From the NCBI GenBank assembly GCA_000004985.1, contig GG738867.1: a DNA stretch of 64,000 nucleotides. One strand, given 5' to 3'. Below the pieces are notes generated by a model. That model was not told where the DNA came from. It worked only from the letters and a program-made list of their open reading frames with translations, and did no database searches. The DNA is from Naegleria gruberi (taxonomy: Eukaryota). The translations under genes were made by a program, and so were the position numbers. Positions within the stretch are counted from its first letter, which is position 1; every line of letters begins with the position of its first letter. Of the stretch, positions 11,745-21,962 are shown in pieces.

Positions 11745-11817
11745 TCCCCCTTAGCTCAGTCGGTAGAGCGTCAGACTGTTAATCTGCAGGTCGGTGGTTC
11801 GAGCCCACCAGGGGGAG
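11745..11817 (+). tRNA. tRNA-Asn: tRNA-Asn (anticodon GUU).
   Basis: Cloverleaf read by eye. Acceptor TCCCCCT pairs with AGGGGGA. D-arm is GCTC/GAGC. Anticodon loop is CTGTTAA. T-arm is GGTGG-TTCGAGC-CCACC. Discriminator G is followed by a T-run (CTTTTG). Confidence 0.9.
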
Positions 11818-12063
11818 ATACTTTTGTTCCTATTTGAATGGCTGTGCTATGGTTGTTCCTTTTTCCCAATCCTGTATATTCTCCTCGCCTACTTGTACCT
11901 TTGTTTTAAACTTTGATTAAGAATTGTTTTAAAGAATCCAAATTTTTCAACTTTCTTTTCTTTGAGAATATTTGTTAGTGGCATTGAAAAATGTAAAAAG
12001 TAGAATTGCACTTTTTCAAATTCATCCAAACATTTGGAAATTGATTTAATCAAAGTTTAAAAA

Positions 12064-13026
12064 ATGGAGCAACATGGTGGAGGGGAAAATGTTGTGTTTT
12101 GCTTGATCGATTTTTTCAAGACACCTTCATCATCATCATCGGAATCAAACAATAATTCATCACCATTACAAAATTATTTAAAACAAAAATTTAGAGAACC
12201 AACCAAGATGGAATATTCTGGTCGATTTATTATAGAAAAGATCATTGATTTTGAAAATACTTTTTATAATTTTGTAATTGTAAGAGAGTACAATTTATTA
12301 ATGATTATATTTGGTAATGGAGAAGTGAAATTTTTGGATTTGGATTCGTATATTGTGGTTCTTTCTCTTAATGTTGGCAAAGGGTTGAAAACTGTAACTT
12401 TGGAAAGAGCAATACCTTCTCAATTGAGTGTTATACTTGGAGCTTCAAATGACATTCTTCTCAAGTACGATTTAAAGAAAATATTGGAGGAAAAGCTTAC
12501 AAATGATTCACTTTCAACAGCTCTAATTTGGGAAAAAACAATTGATTGTGAATTTCTTTGGGGAATTGGCTCGATGGAAAATCAGATATTTGTAATAGAT
12601 TATAATAATGATGCTATTCGTGTCTATGATTCAAAAACTGGAGACAGTGTGTTGAGAATTTTGCCTGGATTTAATAATTTAGTTGACCTAAAGTTTTTAC
12701 CAAATGGTGATTTGATTGCTTGTGGAAATAAGTTTGTTGGACTATTTAAAAAAGATGAGAATGGAGAATGGAAAGTACACAAAAAAGTTCACTCAACTGA
12801 AAATGAACTTAATCGATGTTTTGCAATCTATTATGAAGAGAAATCAGAAAAGATTTATATCAGTGATGCTGATGGTAGTGTTTGTGTGTTTTCAAAAGAT
12901 TTAGTACAGCTCTCAAAACACAAGCTTGAAGAATTTAATGATAATTATTGCCTAGTCGTTAATGAAAAGAATGGGAAAATGTTAATTTCCAATTCTGGTA
13001 AAATGCAATTACTAATCCTGAATTAA
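12064..13026 (+). CDS. Hypothetical protein, possibly a beta-propeller-like repeat protein.
   Basis: 320-aa ORF. Periodic hydrophobic beta-strand-like segments occur (FVIDYNNDAIRVYD, GDLIACGNKFVGLF, IYISDADGSVCVF). No diagnostic motif. Confidence 0.45.
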   Translation: MEQHGGGENVVFCLIDFFKTPSSSSSESNNNSSPLQNYLKQKFREPTKMEYSGRFIIEKIIDFENTFYNFVIVREYNLLMIIFGNGEVKFLDLDSYIVVLSLNVGKGLKTVTLERAIPSQLSVILGASNDILLKYDLKKILEEKLTNDSLSTALIWEKTIDCEFLWGIGSMENQIFVIDYNNDAIRVYDSKTGDSVLRILPGFNNLVDLKFLPNGDLIACGNKFVGLFKKDENGEWKVHKKVHSTENELNRCFAIYYEEKSEKIYISDADGSVCVFSKDLVQLSKHKLEEFNDNYCLVVNEKNGKMLISNSGKMQLLILN

Positions 13027-13157
13027 ACCTTAATTATGAATTAATAGGAATACTAAATGGAATAAAAATCAAATTGTTGAACTCCTCTTGAATATCATTC
13101 GTGGTTTATTTACTAACTATTTTTAGTAAATCAGACATTTAAATTCTATTGATAACA

Positions 13158-14324
13158 CTATTTTTTAATCATAACGAGTATGTTGACTAGTCCACAATTC
13201 TTGTATTGTTCACAGTGAATTTTAAATTCACATCTTCTAATTTTGGTAATTGGTTGATTGCCATATTGATAGTAAATAGTAACAGAGTTTGAGTTGGCCC
13301 TGTCTTCAGCTCTTAAATACCACGAATAAGCTGAATCGAACTCTTGGCATCTAATATTTATCACCAAGTTTCCATCAAATAATTTAATTATTCCATAATT
13401 ATCCTCATCAGCCACAAGCAAGTAATTGGTAATAGATTGAGAGCTCAGTAATTCTGCATTATTCTCAATCGTTCCATTAATTGGAGACAAATCAATACCT
13501 AATAATTTGGCAATTTCTTCACAATTATGAGAATGATCTATTTGATTTTTGAAGATACTCCTAGCTTGCAAATGTAGTATTGGAAATGACTTTTCAAAAG
13601 GTTTCAAGTGGTCACTGGTAATGGTTGTTACTTGATTATGATATTTAATTTGCTCTCTCAGTAATTTTAGCTTTTTCTCAAGAGGAACAATCTCTTGTTG
13701 ACAAATCAAATCAACCAACTCATTGGTATACGTTTCCCAATCCTGATAATCATTAAATACCATTGCAACAAAGTCTTCTTGTGTAAACTCTCTTTCCAAC
13801 AAGTGTTTAATTTGAAAATATATTCCTGAATATTGCAAATTTTCTTCATTTCCATATATTCTCAATAGATATTCATTCAAACAATCCAAATCAAAGAATC
13901 TGGCCATAAAAACAATTTTCTTGACTCTATCACCATCCAATTCCTCTACTACAATCTCATCAGAATACAAGTATCTCATAACGAGTTCAAAATCCTCTTG
14001 TGTAATCTCACTTCCATCATTGAAAATGGATTTTTCCATTGTTATTAAATTAATAATTGGCTTTCCATCTTGTTTCTCCAAATTCCAAGTTTCATGTGAT
14101 TCTAACATGATTTTAAAAAGACCACTTCTCTTCACAATTAAATCATGTACCTGATAATCCTTGAAAGAGGTTCGGATAATGACATTTGTCATCAAATTCA
14201 ACTGGTTGGCTTGCTTTTTTAATGGTGGTGGAACATCTTCTTGGTCATGATTATTATTGTTAGCACTATTAAAGAGGGAAAGCAAATAATTGGAGAGGGT
14301 ATTTTCCTTTACTTGTGTTGACAT
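13158..14324 (-). CDS. BTB/POZ domain protein.
   Basis: The N-terminal region FKDYQVHDLIVKRSGLFKIMLESHETW...FELVMRYLYSDEIVV is a typical BTB fold signature. 388-aa ORF. Confidence 0.65.
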   Translation of the reverse strand: MSTQVKENTLSNYLLSLFNSANNNNHDQEDVPPPLKKQANQLNLMTNVIIRTSFKDYQVHDLIVKRSGLFKIMLESHETWNLEKQDGKPIINLITMEKSIFNDGSEITQEDFELVMRYLYSDEIVVEELDGDRVKKIVFMARFFDLDCLNEYLLRIYGNEENLQYSGIYFQIKHLLEREFTQEDFVAMVFNDYQDWETYTNELVDLICQQEIVPLEKKLKLLREQIKYHNQVTTITSDHLKPFEKSFPILHLQARSIFKNQIDHSHNCEEIAKLLGIDLSPINGTIENNAELLSSQSITNYLLVADEDNYGIIKLFDGNLVINIRCQEFDSAYSWYLRAEDRANSNSVTIYYQYGNQPITKIRRCEFKIHCEQYKNCGLVNILVMIKK

Positions 14325-14419
14325 TTTTTTAAAGCAAGCTAATCTGAACGAATCTTCACCACAATTGAGAATAAAAGATTACTCTCTTTGGTAATAACAT
14401 CTTTAAATTGTGTGTTTTA

Positions 14420-15934
14420 TTAATCACCAGAAACAGAGCCACATATTTTGGAAAAGAGTGGATTTCCTCTCCTAGGTTTGCTCTCCTTTTCCTTATCTTT
14501 CATATTCTGAATGATGGTTGTTGCCAAGTGAGTGAGAGCCATCTTACACTCATCCTTATCTTCTACATCAATTTCCAAATAACTGATTATCTGTTTCTCT
14601 TTCCACTTATCTACAACACTAATTACTTGAGAGGTATTTACAACACTAGGCATTCTATTCGAATGAGAATAAGTTCCCAAAACTATTGATGGTTTGACAA
14701 AATCATGTACGTCCACATACTTTTTGCTAATGGTCTGTTTGAGTTCATTCCATCCCTCTGAATGAGTAATATTAAACATGAATAATAATCCGTGACAATC
14801 CTTTGCTTCATCTTTCAAAAAATCCATCAAATACCAATTGAATTGTGAATAGAAATTGAAAGTGCACGTGACCTTTTCATTGTTATTCCTCAAAATAAAG
14901 CTAACTTGTCTATTTGATATGTACATTTGACCTCCAGCAGTTTTTAACATTTTGTGAACTAGACAATTATCCAAATCACCAATACAAATCAAATACAATT
15001 CGTAATGTTTGCTAATTTCCAATTCTCCACTATCTGAAACTGAATCATCTATCACTGAATTCTTTCTCATTATCGTCTCATCAACAGAGGCAGTATTATG
15101 ATGTCCATTGAAAAAGTAATTTCCATTTGCATTGGAATTTTGTGCATTTCCATAGAAAGCATTTGGTTTGTTTGGCACTGGAAATGTAATTTCCGAGGCA
15201 CTTGTTTGTGCAGAATTAACTTCCAATCCAAAATCAATCTGTGAAAAATCATCATTTTCCAATGCATACTTGTATTTGGAAAATGATTCATTATTTCCTC
15301 CATTATTCAACGACGAAACTTGACTATTCTTCTGATTATTCGTCAATATTTGAAGTGATTTATAAGCATCACCACTTTTTGATTCAATTTTCGAATAGGA
15401 TGCACTATTCCCACTCTTATTCAATTTCTGTTGTGAAGAAGAAGCAGAAGAACTATTCTTAAGTGCTGCTTTCAGATTATTAGTTGTTGCTATTTTTCTG
15501 TAGGGAGAAACGAGTTCTGGTAATTCTTGTGAACCACGTTTGTGAACGAAATGGGTTGGGACGATATTGATAGTGTTCCTTCGGTTGATTTCTAATTCTT
15601 CTTGGTTTATATTCGAATCTTGGTCAATGATCATGTCGAGAATGCTGGAAGAGGATGGTGATGAGGAGATGATTAGATTATTTTCACTATTTTGTTTGTG
15701 CATTTGTTTTGTGTGAGGAGGAGATTTAATATTCTCATCCTCATAATCATAAGAGGCATCAATTGATGCTTCTTCTTGTTGTGTTATTGGTGTCATGTAA
15801 TTTTTATCCGAAACCGTTTCGAATTTTGTTTCTGATTCTTCTTCAATGTTAGAAGACGAAACTGTTGGTAATATTTCCAAAGAGCTGTTGATTGTATGAA
15901 GTTCTCCCGATGGGTGTTGAGGCGAAAGATTCAT
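14420..15934 (-). CDS. Hypothetical protein. The N-terminal half is low complexity and S/N-rich; the C-terminal half is a globular domain of unknown family.
   Basis: 504-aa uninterrupted ORF. The C-terminal domain (YELYLICIGDLDNCLVHKML...GLLFMFNITHSEGW) has a loosely nucleotide-binding-like alternation but no intact P-loop. Confidence 0.5.
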   Translation of the reverse strand: MNLSPQHPSGELHTINSSLEILPTVSSSNIEEESETKFETVSDKNYMTPITQQEEASIDASYDYEDENIKSPPHTKQMHKQNSENNLIISSSPSSSSILDMIIDQDSNINQEELEINRRNTINIVPTHFVHKRGSQELPELVSPYRKIATTNNLKAALKNSSSASSSQQKLNKSGNSASYSKIESKSGDAYKSLQILTNNQKNSQVSSLNNGGNNESFSKYKYALENDDFSQIDFGLEVNSAQTSASEITFPVPNKPNAFYGNAQNSNANGNYFFNGHHNTASVDETIMRKNSVIDDSVSDSGELEISKHYELYLICIGDLDNCLVHKMLKTAGGQMYISNRQVSFILRNNNEKVTCTFNFYSQFNWYLMDFLKDEAKDCHGLLFMFNITHSEGWNELKQTISKKYVDVHDFVKPSIVLGTYSHSNRMPSVVNTSQVISVVDKWKEKQIISYLEIDVEDKDECKMALTHLATTIIQNMKDKEKESKPRRGNPLFSKICGSVSGD

Positions 15935-16606
15935 TGTGATGAAAATTGACCGTTTTTTTATGTTGTTTTATTTTAATACGAAAGTTCGCCATTCACCGAT
16001 TGTGGAGTTGGAAGTTGATATTCGAAACCCAATTTTTATTGCTCAAATAAGGTCGCACTGAGCATTAATTAAAACAGCGCCTATTTAGAAGGAAGCTATT
16101 TGAAAAATCCTTTATTCGAATGATCCTTAATAAGATCTAACAATCATGTAGTACTTTCTGTTAATATTGTTCTCATAAATTAGATTCTTATAAAAATATC
16201 TTCCAACATGTGAATTCATCATCATCATGTAATCTTAATAATTTTTTAATTTTTTAATACAATTGATGATGAAAATCACTTCCGAGCAGCTCCTATGTGA
16301 AACAAGATAGTAGAATTTGAACAAGTGATGATGAAAAATACAAATCTAGAATTGAAGCAAACTTCATATCAAAACACGTGTTTATCAATTTCCGATGAAT
16401 AAAAATTCTTCTCTAACTCGTCATCATCAAATATAATTTAATTTTTTAAAAATACAAAAAAACAAAATAACTTGTTGCTGATTTGGACTGTTGGCTGTAG
16501 TGGATTTTTCTCTCATCATCATCACTCCATTAACAATAACATCATCATCCATATATACGGAGTTTTTGTACAATAGTAGTTTTATATTGATCAACTATAG
16601 AAAATA

Positions 16607-17356
16607 ATGTCATCGATTGGAGATATGTGGGCAAGTTGGCCTTTTGTTACTAAACATTTGGGTGCCTTTTCGTTTGCCTTGACTTGTGCAGTCTCTTTCA
16701 AAATGATAAATCCATTCAATTTAGTATTATTATTTGATAGAGTGTTTAGTACAGATTTTGAAGTATGGCGTCTGATAACTAATGCTGTATTCTTTGGTGG
16801 ATTCGGAATGAATTTTCTTTTTGCATTCATGTTGTTTATTCAATACAGTTCGGAATTGGAAAAGAGTAGATTTGATGGACGTGTTGCTGATTTTATATTC
16901 TGCATCTTGTTTGGTTTGGTGCCAATGACTGTTTTGGCTTTCTTTTCTGGATCCTATGTCCTGTCCAGTTCATTAATGATGTATATGGTTTATATATGGT
17001 GTAATTATAATCCTGATAGTAATTTGAGATTAATGTTTATTCCTACTCAAATTCCGAGCAGGTGGTTCCCATTTGCTTTGACTGCATTCCATGTTGTTCT
17101 TGGTGGTGGAATTGAAACTGTCATTGAGGATGGTATTGGTATTTTGTGTGGACATTTGTATTATTTCTTGGAGGAAAAGTATCCAGAAGCTAGAGAAACA
17201 AAGATTCTCAATACTCCTTCATTGCTCTATTGGTTATTCCCTCCAGCAGCCATGGGAGGAGCTGTTCACGGTGTTCATGGAAATGCACCACCAAGAGCTG
17301 CTGCTGAACAACAAGGTCGTAGACCATTCCCAGGTCAAGGCAGAACTTTGAATTAA
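16607..17356 (+). CDS. DER1: Derlin (Der1-like ERAD membrane protein).
   Basis: Der1-like family signature: WRLITNAVFFGGFGMNFLFAFMLFIQYSSELE plus four TM segments. A C-terminal SHP-box-like RPFPGQGRTL (p97-binding) is present. Confidence 0.8.
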   Translation: MSSIGDMWASWPFVTKHLGAFSFALTCAVSFKMINPFNLVLLFDRVFSTDFEVWRLITNAVFFGGFGMNFLFAFMLFIQYSSELEKSRFDGRVADFIFCILFGLVPMTVLAFFSGSYVLSSSLMMYMVYIWCNYNPDSNLRLMFIPTQIPSRWFPFALTAFHVVLGGGIETVIEDGIGILCGHLYYFLEEKYPEARETKILNTPSLLYWLFPPAAMGGAVHGVHGNAPPRAAAEQQGRRPFPGQGRTLN

Positions 17357-17372
17357 TTTTCATAAAATAATT

Positions 17373-18434
17373 TTAATTAATATTTGGGTATAATAATTCC
17401 AAAAGTTCAGGATCCGAATTATCGAAATGTTCAGATGATTGTACAGTAGATTTGAACAAGAGCTTGTCACATTCAGATGGATTAGTCTTTCTCATTTCAT
17501 GATATCTCTTGATGAGTGATCTGACATGTTGTTGAACTTTTGATAATCCATCAAGTTTGTAATATTCCTCTAATGGAGTCCATTGACAAAGATCAATCTC
17601 ATTAGGACAAGCAGCGATGGCATCTTTGTGTTCTTGAGATTTAGGTTCCAAGAGACAAATATAATAAATATCTGGAACACCAAATCTGAAATCCTTCTTG
17701 TATCTGAATCCTAAAATTCCTCTAAAATTTGTTTCCACTGAGGTTTCTTCCCAAACTTCTCTCACACAACCTTCCTCAATAAATTCATGTTTCTCCAATT
17801 GACCTCCTGGGATTTTGAATGGCTTGACATGTTTTGGTAAATCAGTTCTAATATTAATCTTTTCAGTAATTAACAAAATTTCCTCTGTTTTAAAATCCAC
17901 AACACATCCACCAGTTCCAATATAATGTTGACAAAATGGTGGATAGGTATTCTTCTCCTCAGTTGCAATCCAACGATGCAAGAAAATATATTCAGGTGTA
18001 CAGTGATGAAATTCAAATCCAAACTTTTTCAAACAAATTGGAATTAATTCACTAAACTTGGCATCAATTTTCAAATGGGCACTTCTCACTCTACTTTGGA
18101 AATCAACCTTCTTAGAAGATCTGCTTTGCCATCCAATCAAGGCTTGTTGCAAAACTTTTTCAAACTCTTCAATATTTACAATTGATGATGAATCAGAGGA
18201 TTCAATATTTACTCGGACTGCTCTATATTGATCAATATGTGCCTTCTCGAATGCTTCATGCAATGACAACCCCGAATGGCTTGATGATTTATTATTCATC
18301 ATCATGGAAGTTGAAAATTGAGAGAATTTTGTGCATGAATTCGGAAGAATTTTCTTGGTTTTCAAGAAGAAACTTGTTTGATTCTTGTTGATCAATAGCA
18401 TTCTTTGAAGGGTTCTAGTTGGAGCTAGCATCAT
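17373..18434 (-). CDS. Nudix hydrolase (NUDT-like, ADP-ribose/NADH pyrophosphatase type) with an N-terminal extension.
   Basis: Nudix box GGQLEKHEFIEEGCVREVWEETSV matches G-x5-E-x7-REVxEExGV. The stop codon lies 16 nt from the Derlin stop, so the two genes converge. Confidence 0.8.
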   Translation of the reverse strand: MMLAPTRTLQRMLLINKNQTSFFLKTKKILPNSCTKFSQFSTSMMMNNKSSSHSGLSLHEAFEKAHIDQYRAVRVNIESSDSSSIVNIEEFEKVLQQALIGWQSRSSKKVDFQSRVRSAHLKIDAKFSELIPICLKKFGFEFHHCTPEYIFLHRWIATEEKNTYPPFCQHYIGTGGCVVDFKTEEILLITEKINIRTDLPKHVKPFKIPGGQLEKHEFIEEGCVREVWEETSVETNFRGILGFRYKKDFRFGVPDIYYICLLEPKSQEHKDAIAACPNEIDLCQWTPLEEYYKLDGLSKVQQHVRSLIKRYHEMRKTNPSECDKLLFKSTVQSSEHFDNSDPELLELLYPNIN

Positions 18435-18561
18435 CTTGTTGAGGATCCTTTGGGTATTTTTTTTTTAAATTTATTTTTAATTTTAATTTTTCAAATTCCA
18501 TAAATGGAAAATTGTAAAAGGATCTGTTGGAATTGATTGAATATTGAGAATTGAATTTGAT

Positions 18562-19467
18562 TTATTTTGAGATTTGGAATGGTTTTCTCTTTAAACAAAT
18601 TCTCTTCTTTTGATACTTTTTGCAAATTTTCTTTTGTTTCCAAATTTTGCAAATTTTCTTCTCAATTTTCCTAATGCACTTTTTGTAAACTTTTCGTTTG
18701 AGACATTTTGGCGGGAAATGTTGTTGTTGGGAACAGTATTTTTCCTTGTGGAATCGTACACATTGGAAGAATCTTCTCTTGTGTTTACAGACTTTCTTAC
18801 ACTTGAATTGGGCACAATATGAGTTTTTCCTAATTTGGAGACACTTCTTGAGGAGAATTCTTAGCTTGCAGAATTTAATTTTTCTGAATTTGACGCATTT
18901 CTTGGCGAAGGATACGATTTTGCACTTTTTCACGTGTTTGCATTTTTGTGGTTGGTAAGAATCGACTGATTTCGAATAAGAATCACAAATCTTTTTGGTT
19001 TCACACTTTCTTATTGGAACCTTCTTGTACTTTCTGCATACCTTTCGTTCTCCATGCTTGACACACTTTGGAATAAAGGTACGCTTTGCACAATAGTGAT
19101 GGAATGCCTTTTTAGTACAGATTCGTCTAGTTCCGTATTGATCACAAGTTGACCATCCTCTTCTATCAGCACATTTAGTTCTTCTGAATCCGAACTTGAT
19201 GCATTTTCTCTTTGGTTTTCCAAGTTTGATGCATTTGCAGAACTTTTTGAATTTGACACATTTGGTGATTTTTGAATGGTGTGCGCAAACTTTGAACTTT
19301 TTGAATTTCAAACACTTTCCTCTGATTATCTTCTTATGTAGACAGTGTTTTCTTCTTGGACTTGGATTATATTGGTCCACATTCGAATAAGAATCGACAG
19401 GAACAGAACAAGAAACTAAACTAATCAATAGAATAATGGCAAGAGTAAGAACCAGATGAGTTTTCAT
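18562..19467 (-). CDS. Secreted, highly basic Lys/Cys-rich repetitive protein.
   Basis: Signal peptide MKTHLVLTLAIILLISLVSCS. The mature protein is made of reiterated C-x-K-F-K-K-F-K-x-C / KKCxKxRK modules, with about 25% Lys and 12% Cys. The ORF could extend to an upstream Met at 19527. Confidence 0.55.
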   Translation of the reverse strand: MKTHLVLTLAIILLISLVSCSVPVDSYSNVDQYNPSPRRKHCLHKKIIRGKCLKFKKFKVCAHHSKITKCVKFKKFCKCIKLGKPKRKCIKFGFRRTKCADRRGWSTCDQYGTRRICTKKAFHHYCAKRTFIPKCVKHGERKVCRKYKKVPIRKCETKKICDSYSKSVDSYQPQKCKHVKKCKIVSFAKKCVKFRKIKFCKLRILLKKCLQIRKNSYCAQFKCKKVCKHKRRFFQCVRFHKEKYCSQQQHFPPKCLKRKVYKKCIRKIEKKICKIWKQKKICKKYQKKRICLKRKPFQISK

Positions 19468-19767
19468 GTTGATGCTGTTTTTTTCTAATAATAATTTGAT
19501 TTTATAATTATGAACGTTATTAATCACATTAAATGAAACTCAAATTCCAAAATACCAAAAATGGTAAGAAAGTTAACAACAATTTATTAAAAATTTACAA
19601 AAAATTAAAGACTGCAACTCAACATATTTCATTCCAATTCAGTATTTAAGCAATATTTATCAATGTAATTTAACCTTGACATGTTCCAATTCATAAATAG
19701 AAAGGAAACGATTGTCAATTAAATGATCTCACAAATTCGAAAGATTCATTTAGCACCAAAGTATTTA

Positions 19768-20553
19768 TTAACATTTTTGGCAATAAGATGGAATAACATA
19801 ATCAGCATCAGTATTAAAAGGTTTGAAATTCCAACTTCCTCCACTATATGAAGAAACACTTATCATTCCTCCATTCGAATCAACAACTTGTGTTTTTCCT
19901 TCCATGGAAATAATAGCACAATCATAAAAACATGGATATGGATCTGGATATGGAAGTGGAGGGGCCTTTCTTTGAATTGGTTGGACAATTAGGGTGTCAA
20001 TTTCAGTAGTATTCGAATTCACCTGCTTTCGTCTAACAAATTTTTGAGCTTTAACATGATCTTCAGTTTCAATTCCAATGGCAATGTCACCTTCAAAGTC
20101 AAAATCAAATTCTACGCATGTGACCATCAACATTTCACCTTGTTTAGTTAACTTTCTACAAGAGCAAGAAGTACCATTGAAAGTATACTCAACACCAAAA
20201 CTGGAAGGATACGGATCCATGAATCCCATAACTGTATTATCAACAACTAGTTGACCATTTATTTCAATACGGGAATCTAAACGATAACGACGATTATAGA
20301 AATCTGGCATGTGTCTTTGACGAAAAACTCCAAAACCAGAATTACAATTCATGCCATTACAATTTTCCAACATGGTTTTACTTCCTTCGAAATGGAAAGT
20401 ATGTTGACGAGGCATGCAACATGTGTGCATTGGCTGTTGTTGTTGATGAGATGATGTTGCAGGATAATTCTTCAATGGCGAGATGGCACATGTGAACGCA
20501 GCAAATGATACAAGAAGTAACAAGACAGAGGTGGCATTAAGGTACTTGACCAT
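19768..20553 (-). CDS. Secreted ependymin-related-like protein.
   Basis: Signal peptide MVKYLNATSVLLLLVSFAAFTCAIS. Conserved-looking Cys framework: CCMPRQHTFHFEG near the N-terminus, TSCSCRKL in the middle, and C-terminal PSYCQKC. These recall the ependymin/EPDR C-x-P-x-Q-W-E-G ... C-x-C ... P-x-x-C pattern. Family assignment from memory, moderate. Confidence 0.5.
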   Translation of the reverse strand: MVKYLNATSVLLLLVSFAAFTCAISPLKNYPATSSHQQQQPMHTCCMPRQHTFHFEGSKTMLENCNGMNCNSGFGVFRQRHMPDFYNRRYRLDSRIEINGQLVVDNTVMGFMDPYPSSFGVEYTFNGTSCSCRKLTKQGEMLMVTCVEFDFDFEGDIAIGIETEDHVKAQKFVRRKQVNSNTTEIDTLIVQPIQRKAPPLPYPDPYPCFYDCAIISMEGKTQVVDSNGGMISVSSYSGGSWNFKPFNTDADYVIPSYCQKC

Positions 20554-20825
20554 TTTTTTTTGGAGATTGAGTGATAATTAGCCGAAAGGAAATTGAAATA
20601 CGGAGATCGGAGACAGATAATTGAGGAGTTGGGCTGAGCTCTATACAATCTATTATCCCTTTTGAATGGCTATTTGGCTAATTAATTCTTGTTCCTTCAA
20701 CTCTGTACTTATACTTGTGAATTCCAAAAATCAATTAATTGCAGCCTCTACATTGCAATTGTAGGAACATAGTGATTTAGACTTACTAATCGATCAGTAT
20801 CTCCCTATTTGAACATAATCACGAA

Positions 20826-20906
20826 GCAGACTTGGCCGAGAGGTTAAGGCGCGAGACTCGAAATCTCGTGGGGAAACCTTCGTAGGTTCGAATCCTGCAG
20901 TCTGCG
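20826..20906 (+). tRNA. tRNA-Ser: tRNA-Ser (anticodon CGA), long variable arm.
   Basis: Acceptor GCAGACT pairs with AGTCTGC, discriminator G. Anticodon loop is CTCGAAA. T-arm is GTAGG-TTCGAAT-CCTGC. 3' flank is TCTGAAATTTTG (Pol III T-run). Confidence 0.9.
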
Positions 20907-21075
20907 TCTGAAATTTTGATTGTATTTTTTCTAATCTCTTTTTTCAGATAACTGACCTTAAATCCATGTTTCTAATGGTGGATCAAAAAACTACAAGGGT
21001 GGTTTGATGAAAATTGTTTAATAAAATTGTTTTAAATAAATTTTTTTTGATTCAAATAGAAAAAAATTTAAGGGA

Positions 21076-21678
21076 ATGGTTTTTGAAAAATCACAATACT
21101 ATTCCACTCTTGTTTGCTCTCCAGCTCCAACGAACAAACTCTCATTTTCGCAATTTGTAAAAGATTTTAGTAGATATACTTGGTCAGCCATTTGCACCGG
21201 ATTTGGACCATTTGCTGGTACTTTATTTGGTGGTTGGTTCATCACTAGACAACAATCAGAGTTTGAATTGAATAGAAAAATGGCCCAAGAAGCCTCTCAT
21301 TTGGAAGGACAAATTATAAAGAAACACACAGCTTATAGTAAATGCATGGGTGAGATTAAGGCCTTTGAATTGAAGGTTGGTCACTTGGATTATGCAGAAG
21401 TATTTTCGAAAAAGATGAAGGAGAGTCCAAGAGATCTAGAAATTACAAGAATTAATGAGTGCAGAGGATTGACAATAGATTGGTGGGAGATGGTTCAAAC
21501 TTTCCACACAAGGTATGGCATAGAGCCTGAATTGAAAAGAGAAAGATATAACGAACGATTTCAACATTTCAAAACACTTGTCGGTCCTCTTGATAGGTTA
21601 TTGGAAGGCAGAAACGATTTATTGAACACAATTTATCACTTTGATCCCTCAAAGCCAAGAAGTGAGCCTCCAAAATAA
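21076..21678 (+). CDS. Hypothetical small membrane-anchored protein.
   Basis: 200-aa ORF with one N-terminal Gly-rich hydrophobic segment (YTWSAICTGFGPFAGTLFGGWFI) and a charged helical remainder. Confidence 0.45.
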   Translation: MVFEKSQYYSTLVCSPAPTNKLSFSQFVKDFSRYTWSAICTGFGPFAGTLFGGWFITRQQSEFELNRKMAQEASHLEGQIIKKHTAYSKCMGEIKAFELKVGHLDYAEVFSKKMKESPRDLEITRINECRGLTIDWWEMVQTFHTRYGIEPELKRERYNERFQHFKTLVGPLDRLLEGRNDLLNTIYHFDPSKPRSEPPK

Positions 21679-21962
21679 TGACATTGGTTCAATTATTTAA
21701 ATAAATGGTGGGAAATTTGGTGCGCTCTGGAAACCCTGCAGTGTGAAATGTTACTGTTGTGATATTCATGGTTGTTAATCTGTACTTTAATTTCATTAGA
21801 ATTTATAGGATTGAAATCCTGACCTTTCTCGGGATTCACTTTCTATAGAAGGTGGTTTCAATCTTCTGATACATTACCAATCATACTAAATGTTAGAGAA
21901 TCATCTTTGATCTCAACTGAACCTTAATTTTATATTTCAAAGTAAATTGATTTTTGAAAGAC

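Noticed and set aside
14420-15934. Possible small-GTPase-like domain in the C-terminal half of ORF 14420..15934.
   Set aside because: There is no intact P-loop (GxxxxGK[ST]) and no DxxG or NKxD motifs. The similarity is only a vague alternation of hydrophobic strands, so it is left as hypothetical.
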